Of a DNA stretch of 64,000 bases, positions 25,072-40,000 are shown piece after piece (position 1 is the stretch's first letter; each line of letters starts with the position of its first letter). The DNA is from Leucoraja ocellata (Eukaryota), in the NCBI GenBank assembly GCA_036785375.1, contig JAWMAR010000115.1:4588001-4652000 (forward strand). Direction: 5' to 3'. Under the pieces are notes generated by a model. That model was not told the DNA's origin. It ran no database searches and saw nothing but the letters and a program-made list of their open reading frames with translations. Both the position numbers and the translations under genes were made by a program.

Positions 25072-28000
25072 CTGAAAGAGAAAGAAATGCCAATTGTATT
25101 TAAGACATTTGCTGTTGTCGCTGTTTAGATCAGTAAACAGATTACAAATTTAATATATACGTGTACGATCTGGGATTTCATCAACAAGAATCAATATACT
25201 TACAGTGTCTGATGCTTGATTATCGCTGCTGCCTGTAATAAATGCAAACATCACAATTAAAATATGACACTGGTGGATTATGTTGACAAAGGAAACGACA
25301 AATGGAATATAAAAGTCTAAAGCTTACTATATTTTGCTCTTCCTGACAATAGATCAATAAGCCATTGAATTCCAGAAAACCCATCTGCCATCTGTATGCT
25401 CATACCTCTGCATTTACAGTGAGCTGCAGGAATGGTCAGCATGAACAAGACATCTTTGTAATTCGAGGAGGATTGTGCTTATCACTTCTAGCTTAGTCAG
25501 GAGTTGTGCAGAAGATTGTTCTTCAGAATGCATAAATGGTGTCTCGGTTTCACTTCTGATCACCAACGACAATGCATAACAGTGCTGTAACAGCAGCCTG
25601 GATGTCACTGGTTGGATCTCTGGAGTGGCTATTGTACCTATTCAGAGTAGGCTAGGGGACCAGAACCAACTTAGAGTAGGTTAGGGGACCAGAACACACC
25701 CACTGTAGTTTAGGGGACCCGAACACATTTGGAGAAGGCTGGGGAGGCTGAACCCACCCAGAGAAGATTGGGCTCCTAACTGAGCCTCAGCTGACTGTCC
25801 CGCTTCATGTCGATGGGCAGAGTGAGGGGTTTTATCCCAGGAATGCCCGACGCTGTTGTAAGGTGGCCAAAGACAGCAAGGTATCAGACTACTCAGTGCC
25901 AATAGTCCTCACTGTGACAAAAGATTAAAACATATTTAAATAAAGCTATTTTACCACCAGATGCTTTTGGCTGGAAGGAGATGGATCCATAATGAATATC
26001 TTCCTCTGCATCTGTGGAAATAAGTTGGAAACAAATAATTTATTTGTATTTGAAAAAGGATGAAGTCAATGCAGGGTCATGATACGAAACACTGACCATC
26101 GCTTTCCCTCCATAGATGCTGCTCGACCCATAGAGTACTTCCAGCAGTTTGAAAAAAACCCTCCATGAAAAGTCACATCTCTTAACCTCCTTGTTTTGAT
26201 CTTCCTGGGATGGTGGAAATTATGAAGAGAATTTGTGTTAATTTGGATTGTGAAGTTTAGAAGAATGACAATGGTTCTCATGGAAACATAGAAAATTCCA
26301 ACAGGTAGACCAGTCTTGATGGAGGAAAGATGTTCCCTGTTGGGGGAGACCATGACCAGGGGTAAAGGTTTAAGACATGAGACAATAAGGATTAAGATGA
26401 TGAGAAAAAATAAACTGTGAAATTCTCTACCACAGATTTTGCTGGAGCCAAATCATTCAGTACATTTTAGGAGTTAGTCAAATTAAGTCGTTAAATTTAT
26501 TGACAGATACACAACAATGGCGAGGCATAGGAACAATGATAATTTTGCCTGCAGCAGCATCAGAGGCACAACACCTAAATGAAGCATAAATTACAAAGAC
26601 CACTGGTTAGCGGAAAAAAAGACTGCAAAACACAAATTAGAGAGCAATTAAATGCTGCCGCACCCGCTGAGTTTCTCCAGCACTTTTGTCTGTTTCGATT
26701 TTCAATTGGCAGTTCCTTCTTGAATACTTAGAGACCAGTCATATGTGGACTAAGTTCAAGGAATTTGGGGAGATATGATCAGCTGAGGTTCAGTTTAGTT
26801 TATTGTCATGTGTGCCGAGGTTCAGTGAAAAGCTTTTGTTGCATCAGCAGAAAGACAATATATGAATACAACCAATCCCTTTGCAGTGGAATACAATTGG
26901 TCCATACTGTGAAACAAGGTAACCAATTTATATTTTTCTCATTAAAACATGAGCAATGGCTGATTTATTGAAAGGTTCCTTCAGATTTTTCAAGAAAGAT
27001 TACTCTGTTGTTCACCTGATTCATCAGAAATGTGATCTAAATTCTGGCAAAAACAATACTGTCTAACGTAGAAACAAAGAACTGCAGATGCTGGTTAATA
27101 CACAAAGGGACACAAAGTGCTAGAGTACATCTGCAGGTCAGGCAGCATCTCTGGAGGACATGTATAGGTGATGTTTCGGGTCGTGACCCTTCTTCAGACT
27201 CAAAAGAAGGGTCTCGATCCGAAACATCACCTATCTACCATCTATTAATGATGCTCAAACCAAGCTGAAATGTTGATGTTATTTTCACTTTTAAACAAAG
27301 TCTGAACTACTGGCAAAGTGAATTGGAGGCATTTAATGCCAGATGATATTTTGTGAAAGGGATGGTGACTTTTGAAAGGGTAAGTGTTGTCCATTCTTTA
27401 GAGAGCTGCTAACCAAGCTGTTAATCAAATAAAATAATAAAATCAGGATCAACAGTAAATTAGGAGTGTGAATATGTTGTTCATGGTGATGTCTCAACAT
27501 TCATGGGTTGATCATGATAGTCCAGTGAAAATTAGTCAATTGACCAATGCAGAGTAAGACCTGCAGTTGGATGAGGAAGTTTGGGGCTAAGGGGTGAATT
27601 GACACAAGAGAGACTGTTGCATTGATCAATTAGTTTGTGTGCTTGCGATTTCCTTCCTCACATTCTTGTTAGAAAACTGTGAAATGTGAAATAGTTTGCT
27701 TCATCAAATACAAGACCTCTACAACTAGAGATTCATTGACTGAGTCATCTATTTACCTTCTTGCTTTGTCTTCCTACTCACAGACATATATTCAGCAACA
27801 CGGCTCATCTCAGGTACTGGGGTCTCATTAATTTCTGGAAAATAAGTATTATTTTCTGATTAAGACTTTAATCCGGCTTGATTTTAAAGAAGCTGCAATC
27901 CAGTGTTTAAACAGTAACCCATTAATAATCAGATACACCAGAATGACCAGGAACATGGTTTCAGATGTGTCAGAGACATTTAATGGTGGGATAAGACCAT

Positions 28001-31000
28001 GTGTGTAAAATCAGAGTTCATAGAAACAGTGTTTCCTAAATTACGACCATATTAGGATGGTACACAAGGCAAAGTTTTCACTTTATCTTAAGTGCAGGAG
28101 ACAATAATAAACCAATGAATGTCAACTTCTAGAAGTCTAGAATTCCAATAGCTCAGAATGAATGAACTTCAACAGGTTTTACCTGGGCAAATGTGACACG
28201 TCCTAACCATAGTAGGCTTAGTCCTGGCTATTGTTCATTGAAGATCTTCAGTAAAAAGTTTGTGATCCTGTGGGTACTATTATCTGGCATTTCAGAGAGA
28301 GGGCCTGAGGGGCAGCACTGACAGGAAGGCTGGCTGAGTGTAGTGGTAGGACCCAGGGAGCAGACGGGTAGTTGGAGCATCAGCATTGAGCATGGCCAGG
28401 CCAATATACAGATATTGTGGGCCAAAGGGCCTGTTCCTGTGTTGTACTGTTCCATATTCCACATCTCTCTGTTGTCTTGAAAATCTCCGGAGAGGATAGA
28501 GCTCAGAGTAAAGTATCTGTGTTGGGACCTTAACATCAGCCAATGTGCCCATCCCCTAAAGATTCCAAGCCCTCTTCATAAATGTTATTGTCAGAAGGTT
28601 GTGTTGTACAAGGAGGACCTTGGACTTCCATTCCTCATGGGAAGGCTAATTCTTGAATTTGTATCTGAAATTAGATCATTTTAGGGCTCTTGGGCGAGGA
28701 TGGGGAAGTGACATTTAATTGCTCTTAGAGCTGGTTATGACTCAATTAGCCAGATTGCCCCATTCTTTACTGTAACCATTCTGTGATTCTGGGATTTGCT
28801 GATGTCTCAGCGAAAGAGTCCATAGTGAACTCAGGGCACAAGTAATCATGTAAAAACTTGCTTCCATGCACCACATCTATACAACTGAGGTTGCATTGAC
28901 TGCAGCTCCTCTGGAGAGGTGCTGACGGTTAAAGAGGAGCATTGCTCCTGTAGATGAACAGACAAGCCTGTTGGAGGTGAGGTGTAACGTTGCACTGAGA
29001 AATAATGAGAATAGGGTTAGAGTGGACACAACATTACTTGATCTCAATCTGCACTCTGATAGAATCTGTAGTGGACCCATTGCTTGGATTTTACCTCGGA
29101 GTCACGTGAGTGACTACGTGAAGAAGCCCGCTAGGACGCATGCGTGTCATTGCGCTACACGCATTGCAAAATGTCAGACGCGGTGGAAGGACGTTCCCCC
29201 GCGGCGGCAATTAAAAAAGCCGCTATTGCAGGTAAGGTTCTTACTCTGCGGTCTTTTGCCTTTTTGCCCACTACAGACGGAGAATGTAGAAAGTGAAAAA
29301 GACAACGAGGGCTGTGACGAATCTGGTCAGGGAGGACCGCGGAGCAGCGGACAGCCAGCAAAAGCAGCCGTCGGCACTAAGATCACCCGTAGTGGGATCA
29401 GCTGTGCCCTGTGTATTCGTCGCGCCGGCCAAATCAACGCGGCTGAACGGCAAGGCAAAACACAAAACAAACAGAGTCGTGGACTCGGAGGAGTCCGACT
29501 CTGATACACCACGGGAGGCCAGCGACTGAGAGCGCTGGACCCGTATGGAACGGTGTTTGGAGCATCTGCTCCAGCGTGACCGGCTCCGGGATTTGGAGTC
29601 AGGCCACTGTGGGCCCTATATCAAACCCACAGCAGTACCTTTCCAAGGGCTGCATAGTGTCTCCACCTTATCGGAGGGGAGCACTTCAAGTCAGTTCTGG
29701 GCTGACTTGGAAGAGGGGTCCGCGGAAAAACATACAAGTGTGCATGGGGTGCAAGACAAAGAAAACTTGCTGGATATGGTGGCAAATTTCATACAGCCAG
29801 AACAAACTGGGGCAAATCTGGAGCCAAAGCTTGCTGTCAGCATTGACTATATGTCACTGAACTAGCTACAAGAACAGGCTGTAGTGGATACGACAGGAAG
29901 ACATATGGCACCAGACAACTGCATTTCCCTAAACGTCCCAATTATTAACAGCTGCATCTGGAAACATATCGGACCAGGGGTCAGAAGTATGGACGTGAAA
30001 CTTCAAAAAGTCCTAAAATTGCTGACTGCAGGAATAACGGCAATTGCCCGCACTGTGGACGACAGGGTTATGTCCCAAGATCAACAGGACGCGCTGGCAC
30101 TGTTCTGCAATACGCAGCACCAATTAAACTGCATAAGAAAAAGTGCCATAAAGCCGACACTTAATCCTAAATTCGCGGGACTGTGTAAACCTGGAGCCAC
30201 CAAACCATCCATTCTCCTGTTCGGAGGCAACTTGTCGAAGCAGGTAAAGGAGCTAGACGAAGAAGCAAAAACTTTGGGGTTAATAAAAGGAACAACCCAC
30301 CCTGCAAAAACCCACCACAGCCTACGACTGCACCCTTACGCACCCACCAGCAGCACTGGTGAGAGCTCGAGGGCACGGCACTCCAAACATGAGTCTTTTT
30401 TAGGCCATGGCCCAGGCCGGCCTTCCTGGAAAATGCGGGGAACCCCAACAACACCAGCAACCAACCCGAAAAACCAAGCACCAGCACAACAGCAACGGAA
30501 GAACTTCAGGAAGAAGTAGTCCTGCCACTGGTAGCAATGGAGGTAGGTGGGTCTGGTTCCCCAAATAATATGGGAAGCATGGAGGTTGGGGGAAGACTAT
30601 ACTGGTTTTTGAATGCATGGAGCATGCTAACCACCAATACTTACGTCTTAAGCAGTATCCAGGGATATACCATAGAGTTTATACAGCCCTCCAGTTCAAC
30701 ATAAACCAAACCAAAAGTTTGTGCTCTCTGATAAGGAAAAAACAGAAGCACAAGCTGAACTGGAGCGGCTTTACATAAAAGGTGTAATTGAGCTAACGCG
30801 ACATGAACCATTAGAATTCGTGTCCAATATATTTACCAAAACCAAAAAAGATGGTGGTTGTCGCATCATCATAGGTCTGACAAAATTGAATACATTTGTA
30901 CAATATATTCACTTTAAAATGGAAACCTTTGTTACTGCTAAACAACTAATTTCAAAGGGTACTTCATGGTTAGCATCGATTTAAAAGATGCTTACTATTC

Positions 31001-34000
31001 AGTACCCATACGAGGTGACCACAGATGTTACTTAAAATTCAACGGGATGGGACAATCTGACAATATAAAGCACTGCCAAATGGGCTAACATCAGCCCCCA
31101 GGCTGTTCACAAAAATCTTGAAACCAGCCCTAGCATTTCTACGGAAATGCAAACACATGATTATGGCATATTTAGATGACATACTCATTGTGGGCATAAC
31201 TTTGGAATTGGCCATACTAACTGTAACAGCCACAAAACAGTTGTTTGAACAACTGGGATTTATCATCCATCCAGTTAAATCTAAACAAACACCATCCACT
31301 ACTATGGGCTGCTTGGGATTCACCATTGATTCAGTTCACATGACAGTGACACTACCTAAGGAAAAGGCCAGAGAAATAATAGAGGTATGCAGTAACCTCA
31401 TTAACATCAGAAACCCATCCATCAGATTGGTAGCTAAAGTAATTGGTAAAATGGTGGCTGCTTTCCAAGCCATACAATTTGGACCTCTACATTACCAAAA
31501 CTTACAGAGAGCCAAAATTCAAGCTCTAAAAATTAATGCAGGTCACTTTGACAGACCTATGAGACTACCAATCCAAGCCAAAACGGAACTAAAATGGTGG
31601 ATAGATAACATCTGGCTTTGTTCCAACCCAATCATTGTCAGTAACCCTTCGATGGTACTACAAACTGATGCCAGTGCACTAGGGTGGGGAGCCACCAATA
31701 CCATCACCAGCTGTGGAGGTAGATGGACAGCGCAGGAGGCATCCTTCTTACTCACACTGGGTATAAATTACTTGGAAATGTTGGGTGCATTTCATGGCCT
31801 TAAGTCATATTGTACTGGATCACACCACCAACATGTTAGATTACAAATAGACAATACCACTGTGGTAGCATACATCAACCACATGGGCGGCAACAAATCA
31901 ATATCATGTGACAATCTCGCTAATTCAATTTGGCAATGGTGCATCCAGAAATATATTTGGATATCAGCCACTTACCTACCAGGGAGACTAAATTTAGTGG
32001 CAGACACCAGGTCACGCAAATTTAATGAAAACACCGAATGAATGTTAAACAAAACGATGTTTTCTGATATTACAAATATCGATCTTTTCGCATCCAGACT
32101 AAACAACCAGATATCTAACTATGTTTCATGGGAACCAGACCCTGGGGCAGCGGCAACAGATGCATTTTTGTTGCATTGGGGGAAATGGTTTATTTACGCA
32201 TTCCCTCCCTTCTGCCTCATCAGTCGGGTATTAAGGAAAATACAACAAGACTCTGCGTCTGGTATTTTAGTAGTACCCGATTGGCCTACTCAACCATGGT
32301 TCCCAGTGGTGCAAAACATGGTATTAGAACTATGTATTACAATCCCACACAGACCAGATCTACTACTACATCCCGTGACAGGGGATAGCCATCCAAGCCA
32401 TAAAAGCTTGAACCTGTTAATTTGTAGAGTTTAAAGACACCGCTTTTACAACTGGGACTCACGGACCGAACAGCAAACATCATCTCGGCGGCCCAAAGAG
32501 AATCAACCAAGAAACAATATCTGGTCTACATCAGAAAGTGGGAAACATACTGTCATAAGAACAAAATCACCAACAGAAATATCAACATCCCATCTGTTCT
32601 GGAATATCTGGCAGGCCTCCACTATGATGAGGGGCTCAGCTACAGTGCCATCAACAGCGCCAGAAGTGCCCTGTCGACATACCTATGGCAAGGGACAGAG
32701 TGTTACACGGTAGAGACTCACCCTCTGGTAACCAAGCTCATGAGGGGAATATTTAACACAAACCCCCCAAAAACCAGGTACTCCCATATATGGGATGTAA
32801 GCATTGTCCTGAAAGCACTCAGGAACTGGTCACCAGCATCTACCCTGTCCCTACACAGACTAACGTTAAAACAGTCATGTTAATGGCATTGGTCATGGCA
32901 CAGAGGGTTCAGTCACTGCACAAACTCAGACTGGACAACATGACCTCCTCACCTGACGATATTACGTTCCATATTTACGAACTAGTAAAACAGAACAGAC
33001 AGGGATCAGCAGGCCTCAATATCCAATTTAGGTCATACCCTGCAGATGACGGCCTCTATATAGTTAAACATCTATCACTATACATGGAGAAAACAAAAAT
33101 CCTAAGAGGCAATGAGAAGGGACTGCTGATCAGCCATAAAAAACCTCACAAAAAAGTGACGATCCAGACGATCTCGAGATGGCTGAAACAGGTACTGACG
33201 CAGGCTGGGGTGGATACTAACGTGTTCAAATCTCATTCCACCAGGGCTGCAGCTACATCGGCAGCAGTACAACTGGATGTGCCCATGGACCAAGTCCTTG
33301 AAGCAGCAGGATGGACAGGAGAAAGAACTTTCCAGTTATTTTATAATAAGCCAGTGAGGAAAACTGGAACATTTGCAGAAAAAAATTTAAATTCTGTAAA
33401 TTAATTAAAAACCCATAAATGGGGTTATAATTTGTGTTAATACATTTTATGATTTCAATAACGAATCATGTGCAATTATGTTACACTATTCCTCCCACAG
33501 TCAAGGCAGACGTGTGCATGGACTCGTTTCCACGGCATGAAATCACAGAGCTTTGAAATCTTCACGTAGTCACTCACGTGACTCCGAAGTAAAATAGTAA
33601 GATTAAACAAGAACTTACCAGTTTGAAGTTTGATCTGTATTTTATGAGGAGTTACGATGAGGGATTACGTGCCCTCCGCTACCACCCTGATCATATACTT
33701 AACTGGTACCTCTTCTCTAATCTTACTATGTTTAGTCATTACAGTTATCTGTGAATTCACACCGCTGCTTTGAAGAATGACACGCATGCGTCCTAGCGGG
33801 CTTCTTCACATAATCCCTCATCGTAACTCCTCATAAAATACAGATCAAACTTCAAACTGGTATGTTCTCGTTTAATCTTACTATTTATGACTTGTCTGCT
33901 TTTATGCTGCAGATGGAAAATTGACACAAATTTTGTAAAGCTGCTAAATTTGAGAAGGGTTCCCTACAATTGCCTTCATTTGGCAGAATCAATGGTGAGA

Positions 34001-37000
34001 AAAGCCGCACAAATTGGCTAATGTTTCTCCCTGCATTTTGCTGCACTGTTCTCAGGAGCCACCTCAATTAAAGCTCAGCCAGCTTCACATGACATATAAT
34101 GTCATCTGGATGTCGGATACCAACCTTTGGGACAGGCACGTTACCCCGAGTTCTGTCTTGGTGGGTAAGCGTTTGATGGCACAATTGTGATCTTAGGGTC
34201 GTGTGTGATCAGACCATCGCATGCTCTCAGTTTAGGAATGTTCCTCATTTATAAGACCAACAATTGTAAAGAAGGACTATGCAGGAGATTTGTTTGTAAC
34301 AAAATAAAATCACAATTCTTCTACGTTTTAAATGTACTTTTAAATTACTAATGGCAGAAAGAATAGGAATGAGAAAATGGACACAAATATTATGAATTTT
34401 CTCTTATGCTTCTTGTTTTCACATTACCTGCCATCTGCTGAATTTCATCAGGGTTGCCATAAAGGTGAGATTCGCCTTCTGTTTTTCTTTTTGATCGTGG
34501 AGCTTTCTGACTTTGATTGCCTAAAGCTGTTCAGAAAGAGGACATCATTTAAATTGTTTTCACCTTTTATAAAGTCAAAGAGTCATAGAACCGGGTCCTT
34601 TAGCTCAACTAGTCTATACCATCCAAGCTAGTCCCGTTTGCCTGCAATTGCACCATAACCTTAACCTTTCTTATCCAAAGGTTCAAATGTATTTCATTGT
34701 CACATGCACCAATTAAGGTACAATTAAACTCAATTTATCATAGTCATACTAGAGAAAGCAACAAGACACACAACCACATAAGTTAATATAAACATCCACT
34801 TCAGCTGATTCTCCACATTCTTCACTGTGATGGAAGGCAATAAGTCTAATCTTCTTTGCTCTTTATTCTCCCGCGGTCGGGGCAGTCGAACCATTTGCAG
34901 TCGGGGCGATAGAAGCTCCTGCAGCCGATGATTGAAGCCTTCAGGTCAGGGTGGTCGAAGCTCCTGCAGCTTGGAGCTCCCGAAGTCAATCCCTAACCAA
35001 GGGACCGTGAGCGCCACGATGTTACATCCGCAGGCTCCCACGGTTGGAGCTCCCAAAGTCAATCCCCCACAGGGACCACGAGCACCTCGATGTTAGGCCA
35101 CAGTGCAGATGGAGATATGATACAGAAAAAAAAAAAGCATCTTCATCGCGGTAACTGCATCAGATAACTGCAGAAAAGCACCTAATGTCATTAAGCATTC
35201 TCCGCATGGCAACACAGGTAGACAGGACAATCCACATTGCATAAATAATGTTTTAAAAGACCACAAAAGGTCTGAAATCAATTTCTCAATAACATCAGTA
35301 CAAACAGATAGTTTTCTTATCCCAAATATATTGTTCTTTTCTCCTTGTAACAAAGGTAACATTGTCATTGATAATTTGGGGGATCTGTGCTGCATTCAGG
35401 ATGTCTTCATGTACTTTACCTGTAGGCTTGCGTTTTCTTTGACAGAACACCACTGCCAGTATAATGACGAGGAGAACAGCCAGACTCCCGATAATTACAA
35501 CAATGGTGAATATAATGGTGTAATTCTCTGTCAAAATAATAAACACAGAGTTCACATTTGTAGAATAAATGGACATCATTCAATAGCTCCTCCAATGACC
35601 AGGCATTAACCACACTGACTAATTTTGATCAGAAGTCTTGAGTTTAACTTGTGTAAGTTATTGGGGCAAATCCTCCAAAATTATGGAAGAACTTGGATAA
35701 GGACATGGATATTTTAAAAAGACAGATTTGCTGGCTGCAACGGAAAAAACCCCAATCCACAGAAAGATTCAAACCTGACTGGCCTGTGGATTTGGGCATC
35801 ACACAACTATGCGAATGATGTGGACAGGAAGGGCTGAGACAGAGATAATGAGATCATCTTGGATAAACAAAGGAAGGAACCAGCCTCAGCAGACGGTGGT
35901 AAACAGGCCAGCCCAAGCTCAATCACCATCTTGGACGACCCATCCATCGAGACAATAGGAGCCCATCCAGGCGATGGGATAATGATCAGGCTAAGGGATC
36001 ATGACATCAGCAAACCCCTTATCATCGGAAGCCTATTGTTCATGCCAGATCGAAACTGGGAATCATCAAAATAATCCTTTTATCCAGAGGACCACCTGGG
36101 GGTTTCAAAGGAAGCTCAGGTATAAAACAGGAGTCAAGCCAGAACTCTTTCTCTCTCTCTGCTCTGCTGGACGGCTTGTGAGCCCAACTGTAAGTCTCTC
36201 TTTCTGCTCTGCTGGACGGCTCGTGAGCCCAACTGTAAGTACCCCAGTGACCTGGTGAAATTCCCGAAATAGGATAGATGTTGAGAAGATAAAGGGAAAG
36301 GGGGGTAAAATTGTGTAAAGTTAGTTTTACGACGTGCCCGATAGTTTTCCGTCCATAGTCTTAGTTTAAAGCATAAGTTTAGCCACGTATTATGTAGTGT
36401 TGTTGAGATTCGATTTCTTAATGTTTAATAAAGCCTGTAAATTTTAGACTTGCTTTGAGTCCATCTTGGTTTCTGTTTTCCCTCATCAGCACACTCTGGT
36501 CAATTCAACCTTTTATCATATCCCACCATAATTCCGAGGTCTAGAACTAGGGGAATCCCTTTTGTTGTATTCTCTCTCTTGGAAACCGCTCGAGTGGAGT
36601 GGTGGCCGTTTGACCCTCCGACAAGGGAGAGAATAACTCGGGCAGTTGGGCCCGAAGTGAAATAAAAGGAAACGCAAAACCCCTACACTTGTGATCCAGA
36701 TTAACTAAGACACAAAGAACTGAAGATGCTAGTTTAGCAATAAAAGTGTTGGAGAAACTCGGCTGGTTAGGCAGGTGACATTTCGGGTCACAGGCCTTTA
36801 GTCTGATGTAGGGTAGTGCGTTCGGCTGAACACACTATGGGAACTTCACTCGCCCCCCTGCAGGAACTATACATCAGGAGGTGCAACTCCAGAGCCAACA
36901 ATATCATGAGAGACCCCTTCCACCCCTGCAACAGACTGTTCCAGCTGCTACAGTCAGGCCAACGCCTCCGTTGCTATGCGGTGAGAACGGAGAGGTTGAG

Positions 37001-40000
37001 AAGGAGTTTATTCCCAGAGGCCATTCGGACTGTAAACGCCTATCTCACCAGGGACTAACTCTACTGAACGTTTTTCCTTCCATTGTTTATTATGTAAAAG
37101 AATATGTGTGTTATGATTGTGTTTATAGCTTGTTTGGTTGTTTGTCTTTTTGCACAAAAGTCCGCGAGCATTGCCACTTTCATTTCACTGCACATCTCGT
37201 ATGTGTATGTGACAAATAAACTTGGCTTGACTTGACTTGACTTGGGTGCCGACCCAAAACCTCACCTATCCATGTTCTCCAGAGATTCCACCTGACCCGT
37301 TGAGTTACTCCAGCACATTACGTCTTTTTTTTCCAGATTAATTGACCTGACTCAGAAAGATCAGAGAGCCACAACGCCTCAGTACCCATCAGTTAGAGAC
37401 TATAAACATTCACACAAGTTTCTATTTCTTGGTTACAATCAGCTGACTTCCTCATGCAGGAGATGGGAGCTGATGGTTGGCTGATAAAGTTGCTGATTCA
37501 GCTGTGATACTTCCCACTGTACAATGGACAAATGTCTACCATAGTCTGAGCCAGCAACAATGGTTGAATGAGCAATGCTGAAAACAGAGAGGATATTGAC
37601 CGTGAACTTCAATCCTCTCTAACCAGGAGCACAAAAACTATAAACGTTAGAAATACTCAACCATTTGAGCAGTACCCATGGAAAGGGAAATAAGTGAGTT
37701 CATGTTTTATGATGAAAAAAAGTTGTCAGATTCAAAGAACGGACGTTTGGCTTGCTCCTCTTTGCACAGTTCCTATCTGTCCTGCTGATTATTATGATAA
37801 TTCAGATTTTCAACTCCTAAAATTATTTTTGGTCTTCAAGTACTAAAACTGTACTGTGCACGTAACCATTGCCTACTGATGTCAATGAGGTTGAACGCAC
37901 TATTATTGCAATCCTAATGAACACATCATCATGTGTTTTTAGTGCAAAATTGGAGATGGTTGATCCATGCATTAATTCCACACACCAATAAATCTATTCA
38001 CTCACTGATTATTATCTCTGGCCCTCTAAGGACAGCTCAACACACAGTCTGCAAGTAGACCAAATGATGGAGAGTTGCTGCCTTACAGTGAATGCAGTGC
38101 TGGAGACCCTGGTTCGATCCAAACTACTGGGTTCTGTCTGTACTTTCTCCCCGGGACCTGCGTGAGTTTTCTCCAAGATCTTCGGATTCCTCCCACACTA
38201 CAAAGACGTACAGGTTTGTAGGTTAATTGGCTTGGTAAATGTAAAAATTGTCCCCAGTGGGTGCAGGATAGTGTTAATATGTGGGGATTGCTGGTTAGTG
38301 CAAACCCGGTGGGCCGAAGGGCCTGTTTCCGCGCTGTATCTCTAAACTAAACTGTAAACATGGCTGGTAATCATTGATATTCTTTTTATGGCTGTTCTCT
38401 GTCCAGTTATTACAATGGCACACTGAAGAGAGAGTTTAAGGACAAGAGTCAATAATGTTCTTTCATCACAACAATGCATCATTTATTCAGTCTGAACAGA
38501 ATGGATTGTGGATGGATGCTCCCTTCAGTGGAAAGGCTGAGGACAAAAAGTTATAGGTTTAAAATAAGGGGAAACATTTTAGAATGACTTTAGGAAAATC
38601 TTTTTAGGGAACAGGTAGTTGGAGTCTGAAGTGTACTATCTGTATCAGTTGGGGAGCTGGGTTCTATTGTGGCTTTCCAAAGAGAATTGAATAAATATAT
38701 AGTGCTGAAAAAGCTACAATCTAATGGCAAAAGGAGAGGGGGTAGAATTAGCGAGTTGCTCTGGATGAGAGTTAGTGTAGATATGATGGGTAAAATTGCC
38801 ACCTTATGTGCTACAACCATTTCACAATTCTATGATTGCACGATGTCATTATCTGGGAGGAATTAAAGTGTTCCTGTTGGGACATTGATATATTCCACTG
38901 TGCTTCACTGACTCTTCATTGATCGATGTGTGGTGGAGATTGTTTCTTTGTGCCTGGGTGTTTCCAGTAGGGATCAGTGCTTTGCCTTCTGTCAGCATTA
39001 TACAAAATGTCTTTCACCGAGGCTTGGGGGCCACATGATGGGCAAAGATTAATGGATGGGTGGGAATGGGAGAAAAGGGTGTGTTTATTTTAGTTTAGAG
39101 ATATAGTGCGGAAACAGGCCCTTCGGGTCGCCGAGTCCACACCGACCAGCGATTCCCGTGCACTAACACTATCCCACACACACCAGGGACAACATACAAT
39201 TAAACCAAGCCTATTAACCTACAAACTTCAGTATCAGTATCAGTATATCTTTATTGTCATTTCCTGAGTACTCACATACCAGAGGAAACAAAATAATGTT
39301 GCTCAACCAGTGTCCATTCAGTGTGCAGTACAAATAACAACAAGTAAATAGAAATAAAAATACATATATCATGAACAAATTAAATTAAACACTCTACTCT
39401 CTACTAAACATCAACAGGCGTTCCGATCGACAGCTGCTGCAGTGTGTCCAGGTTGATGGTTGGTGCGCGATACTTTGGCAGGGGGCTAAGTCCATTTATC
39501 AGTCTTATAGCCTGCGGGAAGAAGCTGAGGAGCATCCTGCTGGTTTTGTACGTGTTTGGAATTTGGGAGAAAACCAGAAATCCTGGAGAAAACCCATGTA
39601 GGTGATGGGATGAACGTACAAACTCCATACAGATTTTCACTACTTTTGAGACCTTTAAGGTCCACAGTTTCGGTGTCGTGGCAAAGATCTTCCACCAAGC
39701 TGCCCCATGGCCGTCCGAAGGAGGGGTGCGTTGGGTGTGACCGCACCCCCCTTTTTTACCCACAGAGTAAGAAAAAATCCCAAGCAGGAAGAAAAAAAAA
39801 AAAAATCGGAAAAATTTCTGGCTCTGGATAAGGGAGAGACCGCCCTCCCCTCGCTGGGTGGGAGTGGCTGAATCTGAACCCAGCGGCTGTAACCCTAACA
39901 CCAGCGCTGCAGTGGCGGGGCCCGCTCCCCTTGGGCTGTAACCCCAACACCACGCCACCCCCGCTGGGCCCAAGCCACCCCCACTGGACTATGAGGGGGA

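Noticed and set aside
37995-38030. Possible micro-exon between D8 and the TM exon
   Set aside because: A donor-like GTGAGT is present, but there is no polypyrimidine tract and D8 already splices in frame to the TM exon.
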